A DNA stretch of 64,000 bases from contig PFWT01000007.1 of NCBI GenBank assembly GCA_002791275.1, forward strand, positions 26,859 to 90,858. The letters run 5' to 3'. The notes below the pieces were generated by a model. That model was given only the letters and a program-made list of their open reading frames with translations, ran no database searches and was not told where the DNA came from. Position numbers and translations under genes: made by a program. Shown here piece after piece: positions 59,204 through 64,000 of this stretch. Position 1 is the first letter of the stretch; the number at the start of each line of letters is the position of its first letter. Source of the stretch: Candidatus Uhrbacteria bacterium CG_4_9_14_3_um_filter_41_35 (lineage in GTDB: Bacteria; Patescibacteriota; Patescibacteriia; UBA9934).

Positions 59204-60133
59204 ATGGATTCCGAAAACTCGGCTATATGCCCCACTTACCGCCTCTATCAGACCAACCCCTACAACATCGGTACGCTAGTTAATAACGTCTTAGCCGAAC
59301 ATGCTCGGCTTCAGGAGCTCTTCGGAAGAGTACTTCAAACGCCCTCTGTGTATATTCCAGGTCGATTGAAAGGCGTACCTGGCAAGAAGATTCTGCATGC
59401 TTTTACCGAGGTTGGGATTTATGCCCAGGATCTACCGGTCTCGAGCGTGCGGGCTTCGATCATGAACCTAGCCGCAAAAGACATCGCGACCAGGTTTGGG
59501 AGTGAAGCAGTCGTGTTCTTCTTGAACCCGCGCGCCAGTGCTGAACGTCTCGATAACGATGCTGTTCAGCAGGTACTGTCCGCTCTCCGCACCCCCGGTG
59601 TGCATGAAGTTGGAGTCTGGGCTGGTCAAAACCCGCAACACGCCTATGTTGGTGCTGGTTTTGTAGACGCTGGCACCGCATTATATCGCGCTTCGAATCT
59701 GCTCGACCGCCCCTTCGACCCCATCACCGACGACCCCGAGTCTGGCGCGCCAAGCTGGCAAGTCCGTGATCTTGTGTCGAAGGAGTCTTACAACCTCTGC
59801 GGGGCTGAAGACGCACTTCGGAAGTCCGTTTTCCGAAGTCTTGCCATCGTCAGCACGGCTGGCAAGCTTTATGGCAACGACATTATGAGTGGCGGGAACG
59901 ATACCCTCCACTGGTTCAAGCTCACCAGGGCCTGGCTCCTATGGCTCGCGAGCTTCGAGCAAGAACCTGTCGGGCTCTGGCTAAACGAGATTAGTCTTGA
60001 AGCGCGGACGGACAGTTTTAATCACTTCGTCAGAGATCACCTCCGAGGTGTTCACCCTAAGTGGCAAGACGAAGCTGAAAAGGTTGCGCGCGCTATACAG
60101 CTTCTCAACTACGAGGTTTATCTCAAGGCTTAG
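59204..60133 (+). CDS. Hypothetical protein (309 aa), high-GC, likely horizontally acquired
   Basis: ~55% GC ORF directly after a terminator, with its own RBS (aggagga N7 ATG). No assignable motif. Confidence 0.5.
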   Translation: MDSENSAICPTYRLYQTNPYNIGTLVNNVLAEHARLQELFGRVLQTPSVYIPGRLKGVPGKKILHAFTEVGIYAQDLPVSSVRASIMNLAAKDIATRFGSEAVVFFLNPRASAERLDNDAVQQVLSALRTPGVHEVGVWAGQNPQHAYVGAGFVDAGTALYRASNLLDRPFDPITDDPESGAPSWQVRDLVSKESYNLCGAEDALRKSVFRSLAIVSTAGKLYGNDIMSGGNDTLHWFKLTRAWLLWLASFEQEPVGLWLNEISLEARTDSFNHFVRDHLRGVHPKWQDEAEKVARAIQLLNYEVYLKA

Positions 60134-60195
60134 ACTTGTCGAGGCTAAGCCTTACCAATTCTGCCGTATTACCATCCTGGTGCCGCGGCTATTTT

Positions 60196-61062
60196 TTATA
60201 AATCAAACAATTCAACTTGCGGTTCACCGCCGTCTAGCAAAACTCGAATATCACCGTCTTTATCCGTTCTTAAAATTAATGCTCCGATCCGTTTTAATCT
60301 ATCAACAATAATTGGGTGTGGATGACCGTAATCGTTACCCTCTCCCACCGAAATAAGCGCGTAGTTAGGTGTAATTGTATTCAGTAATTCAATAGATGTT
60401 GAAGTAAGACTGCCGTGATGACCAACCTTTAATACATCGATATGAGGCAAATCCTCTAAAATTTGTAGTTCATTTTCATCTTCAAAATCTCCGGTAATCA
60501 ACATATTTGTGTTACCGAAAGTAAACAGCGTTACCACATTTCCGTTGTGAACGTTTGGCAAGCGTTGATCTATTAAATCGAAAGTTGGCCACATCACCTC
60601 AAGCTCAGCTCCAAGACCAAGATCCACTTTCTTCCCAGCCTGCACACCATTCTCTCGACCAGCCTTCAGTGCCTGATAATACTCAAACACGTCTGAACCA
60701 TATTCCTGACCACTATCCCAAACCTCGGCTACATCGTACCTTTCGAGAACTTTCACCAAACCAGTTACGTGGTCAGAGTGTGGGTGCGTGTTGATAATCA
60801 GATCTATACTGTGGTCCCAAAATGGCATAACTGCCGATAGTTTCTCTAATATTTGTCCATCAGGTCCACCATCAATGAGCACCTGTTTGTCTGGCGCGTC
60901 AATAAAAATCGCGTCCCCCTGACCAATATCAAAGACCCAAATAACAATTCTATCATTGTTAAAAGTCGTGCCCGAAGCTGAACTTTGAGCAATGAGTGAG
61001 CCAATAATCAAAATAAGTAGACTTACTATTGCTTTGAAGTTTTTCTGGAAAGTTTGCGCCAT
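60196..61062 (-). CDS. Metallo-beta-lactamase-fold protein corresponding to the ComEC C-terminal domain
   Basis: HxHxDH motif INTHPHSDHVTG, further His/Asp ligands (HHGS, GHPH); N-terminal signal/TM. Confidence 0.7.
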   Translation of the reverse strand: MAQTFQKNFKAIVSLLILIIGSLIAQSSASGTTFNNDRIVIWVFDIGQGDAIFIDAPDKQVLIDGGPDGQILEKLSAVMPFWDHSIDLIINTHPHSDHVTGLVKVLERYDVAEVWDSGQEYGSDVFEYYQALKAGRENGVQAGKKVDLGLGAELEVMWPTFDLIDQRLPNVHNGNVVTLFTFGNTNMLITGDFEDENELQILEDLPHIDVLKVGHHGSLTSTSIELLNTITPNYALISVGEGNDYGHPHPIIVDRLKRIGALILRTDKDGDIRVLLDGGEPQVELFDL

Positions 61063-62354
61063 GTGTAAGCAATTAAGAGTATAGAGAAGATCGTGAGTAA
61101 TAATTTTGTTGATGAAGGAATTAAGATCGTGGCATAAGGCAATTGCGCTAGCGCATCAATCATAATAAGCTCTAAATTCAATAAAGCCCAGGCTGGTGCC
61201 GAAGCGATGTAGGCCAAAACTGGGTTTACATAACTCAAAACCACGGCAATACTGCCAAAAAACATTGTCGCTGGTAAAAATGAAAGTACAAATAAATTGG
61301 CAATTGGCCCCAAAATTGATAGTTGACCGAAACTTAAAAAAATAATCGGTAAGGCAAAAAAGGTTGCTGAAAGCGTTGAAGTAATTGATTCTCTAATTGA
61401 AAAATCTTCGGGGATAAACTTCAGTTTTTGTTCAAGCAGTGGTGCAAAGTAGATAAGCGCGATCGTTGAGAACATTGAGAGCTCAAAGCCGATGTCGTCA
61501 CGCATAAGTCTGGGGTTTATGAAAAGCATCGTACTCGCTGTCACAAGCAGTACATTAACCATGGTTGTTTTCCGGCCAAATTGTTGTGATAGTAAAACTA
61601 AAACCCCCATCACTCCCGCCCGGACAACCGGTGCATCAGCGCCCGCCAAAATTACGTACACAATTATCGACGCCAAAATCAGAGAAAAAGCTCGCGGTCT
61701 GCGTAAACCCAAATAAGTAAGCAGTCCGAACATAATTGCCGAAACAACTGCGACGTTATAACCACTCGCGGCGACGATGTGCGATGTACCGGTGCGTTGA
61801 AATTTTTCGTCCCAGGCGCTCGTAAATCGTTTTTCACCAACCAACAAACCCGCCAAAAGTGAAGCCTGCGGTTCACCGAAAGTTGAGTCCAGGTGTTTAA
61901 TAAAATTTTTGCGGACACTTAGTAGTTTTGTTCTAAAGGTTGGTTTTGCGTAGCCAATTACCAGTGGAGCTTCTTTTAAAAAACAAGTTGCGTAAACGTT
62001 TTTAGAAGCTAGAAATCGATCGTAACGAAAACCATTAAATGGTTCTGGTTTCTCCAAGTTACACCTGAACACAATTTTCTCACCAATCGAAAGCGGTGGA
62101 AAAGCTGGTGATAATATAAGTGTTCGCGCCTCGGAATTTATGCGTTCATCATTTACATGAACATCTCTAAGCGTAATCTTTTGGTAGCGCTCCGTATTCT
62201 CAACCTGCCAGATCTCGCCACTCACCCGTTCCGATGCCTTGTCAAAAATATAAGCACCGTCGCCAGGTTCGCTAAACGCGACTGACCAGATAGCGACACT
62301 AACTAAAAAGATGGAGCAAGTCCATCTCAATATTACTGAACCGGTGGTTGCCAT
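61026..62354 (-). CDS. comEC: ComEC/Rec2 competence channel protein (DUF4131 + competence domain), lacking the lactamase domain
   Basis: N-terminal OB/DUF4131-like region then ~9 TM helices typical of ComEC. Ends 37 nt into the downstream MBL ORF. Confidence 0.7.
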   Translation of the reverse strand: MATTGSVILRWTCSIFLVSVAIWSVAFSEPGDGAYIFDKASERVSGEIWQVENTERYQKITLRDVHVNDERINSEARTLILSPAFPPLSIGEKIVFRCNLEKPEPFNGFRYDRFLASKNVYATCFLKEAPLVIGYAKPTFRTKLLSVRKNFIKHLDSTFGEPQASLLAGLLVGEKRFTSAWDEKFQRTGTSHIVAASGYNVAVVSAIMFGLLTYLGLRRPRAFSLILASIIVYVILAGADAPVVRAGVMGVLVLLSQQFGRKTTMVNVLLVTASTMLFINPRLMRDDIGFELSMFSTIALIYFAPLLEQKLKFIPEDFSIRESITSTLSATFFALPIIFLSFGQLSILGPIANLFVLSFLPATMFFGSIAVVLSYVNPVLAYIASAPAWALLNLELIMIDALAQLPYATILIPSSTKLLLTIFSILLIAYTWRKLSRKTSKQ

Positions 62355-63631
62355 AAACCAATACCGTAAACTTCAAAGCCAAGCTCACGAATTTTTTCGT
62401 GAGGTAAATAATTTTTTCCATCAAATAGCAGAGTGCGATTTAGTTTAGCTTTTACCTCCTGCCATGAAGCTTTTTCAAACTCTGGCCATTCGGTTAAAAC
62501 AAGCAGAGCCTCTGCCCCATTAACCGCCTCCATAGCTGAACCCGAAAAAGTTACCGAGTCGTGGAGCAATTCTTTAGCTCTATCCATACCCTGCGGATCA
62601 AAAACTCGGAGTCTTGCGCCTTCGTCCCGAAGTGCCTGTACAATTCTCATCGCTGGCGAGTGACGAACGTCGTCTGTTCCTTTGTTAAAGGTAAGTCCCC
62701 AAACTGCAAGTTCCCTATCCCGAAGTCCGCCAAGTTTTGTGGAGATTTTATTTACAAATCTGAGCGGTTGTTCGTTATTCACGTGAATAATCGGTGCGAT
62801 CAGCTTTGAGGTGTAGCCCGCTCGCACACCAGCATGGTGAAGTGCTAAAACATCTTTCGGAAAACATGAGCCACCAAAACCAGCCGAAGCTCGTAAAAAC
62901 TTTGAACCAATTCGCGGATCTAGACCCACCGCCTCCTCTATCTTTTTAATATCGCCGCCCATGATATCGGCGATATTTGCGATCTCGTTCATGAACGACA
63001 GGCGTAGCGCAAGCATTGAGTTGGCAGTGTATTTAATCATCTGCGCCGTGTTCACGTTTGTTGCAATCACCGGCGCGTCGATGCCAGCGTGCAAACGGCG
63101 CAAGACAGTTTCCGCGGCCTTACTTTCCGTTCCAATCACAATTCGATCCGGGTGCAGAAAATCCCGAACGCTAGTTCCCTGACGTAAAAATTCAGGGTTT
63201 ATACCGATCTGAATATCATTATTACCCAGCCAAGAATGAAAAGCATCACTCGTGCCTGGTGGCACCGTACTTTTTATTACAACAAGTGTTGAAGCATTAA
63301 TAAGTGGTCCGACCTGGTGCAAAACACGCTCGATATAAGATAAATCGCAAGTACCATCGGAATAGCTCGGTGTTTGCACGCACACAAAAACCACGGCCGG
63401 CTTCTCAGCGAGAGCTTCCTTTAGGTTTGTTGTAAATTTAATTTTCTGCTCAGCTCGACCCTTTTCAACAAGTTCCTGCAATCCCTCCTCAAACATTGGC
63501 AGTTCTCCACGATTCAAAGCATCAACCCGATCCTGTAAGAGATCAACACAAAAAACGTCATGCCCCAAATGTGCAAGACACGCCCCCTGCGTTAGCCCAA
63601 CGTAACCCGTTCCAATTACCGAAATTTTCAT
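62333..63631 (-). CDS. Nucleotide-sugar (UDP-glucose/UDP-ManNAc) 6-dehydrogenase
   Basis: Rossmann GTGYVGL, catalytic Cys motif GGSCFPKD; 432 aa. Confidence 0.85.
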   Translation of the reverse strand: MKISVIGTGYVGLTQGACLAHLGHDVFCVDLLQDRVDALNRGELPMFEEGLQELVEKGRAEQKIKFTTNLKEALAEKPAVVFVCVQTPSYSDGTCDLSYIERVLHQVGPLINASTLVVIKSTVPPGTSDAFHSWLGNNDIQIGINPEFLRQGTSVRDFLHPDRIVIGTESKAAETVLRRLHAGIDAPVIATNVNTAQMIKYTANSMLALRLSFMNEIANIADIMGGDIKKIEEAVGLDPRIGSKFLRASAGFGGSCFPKDVLALHHAGVRAGYTSKLIAPIIHVNNEQPLRFVNKISTKLGGLRDRELAVWGLTFNKGTDDVRHSPAMRIVQALRDEGARLRVFDPQGMDRAKELLHDSVTFSGSAMEAVNGAEALLVLTEWPEFEKASWQEVKAKLNRTLLFDGKNYLPHEKIRELGFEVYGIGLWQPPVQ

Positions 63632-63769
63632 GCCCTTTTCATTATTTAGCTTATTTTAGATAAGCTTATAGACAAAAGCAGTTTCTCGCAAAATCGTAGA
63701 TTAGTCAACCAAACCATAAATTTAGAGGTTTGATCATTACCTGTCACGTAATTAAACTTCTTCGCCGTT

Positions 63770-64000
63770 ATTCACACTAAGCTCGGAATGACAGTTTTGT
63801 TTGTCGTATTTTAATTAGTCGTCCCACACTCATACCGTCATCCTGAAGCTAGCGTCAGATTACGCTGAAGGATCTCATTCGCCCTGTGCTGAACCGGCAT
63901 TTACTTAGTGATTCAGTAATGAGATTCTTCGGTGTGATTCACGTTCACCTCTGAATGACGGTTTGGTTAGATTCTTCGCCGTGGTTCACGCAGGCTCTGG
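63770..64000. repeat. Degenerate ~47-nt tandem repeat running off the window end
   Basis: Units attcttcgCCgtTaTTCACactaagCTCgGAATGACaG / attcttcggtgtgattcacgttcacctctgaatgacggtttggttag / attcttcgccgtggttcacgcaggctctgg. Irregular spacing. Confidence 0.4.

Noticed and set aside
63770-64000. CRISPR array at the window end
   Set aside because: Repeat copies are unevenly spaced (~148 nt, then ~11 nt between units) and degenerate. No regular 25-40 nt spacers and no cas genes in the window.

Overview
Low-GC (~40%) bacterial chromosome segment, almost all on the minus strand. The gene order looks like a Candidate Phyla Radiation / Patescibacteria-type genome: a compact ribosomal-protein super-operon with no L30 gene, a 465-aa AspRS without the GAD domain, and many O-antigen-ligase/TPR and surface-anchored proteins. 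Layout: (1) parB/parA and a MacAB-like tripartite ABC efflux module with tRNAs (0-6.6 kb). (2) Housekeeping block dacA-scpB-scpA-aspS-recO-ruvX-map-adk-secY (7.6-16.3 kb). (3) The spc/S10 ribosomal clusters rplO..rpsJ, tuf, fusA, rpsG, rpsL (16.3-35.7 kb), interrupted between tuf and fusA by a ~5 kb cassette of four unknown genes. (4) A ~20 kb cell-envelope/surface locus (35.7-55.4 kb): two O-antigen-ligase(Wzy_C)-like+TPR membrane proteins, an M50 site-2 protease, a tandem array of five (plus one distant) paralogous N-terminally anchored Cys-containing ~338-aa secreted proteins, a second secreted family (signal peptide + GISPPSV motif + C-terminal TM) next to a dedicated type-I signal peptidase, and murA. 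(5) Several high-GC (50-60%) genes that look horizontally acquired: a secreted M23 peptidase and three hypothetical proteins. (6) ndk, a GT2 glycosyltransferase, a split ComEC, a nucleotide-sugar dehydrogenase and a degenerate tandem repeat at the window edge. The best candidates for an undescribed system are the tandem paralog surface-protein array with its putative glycosylation/processing partners, and the foreign cassette inserted into the str operon.
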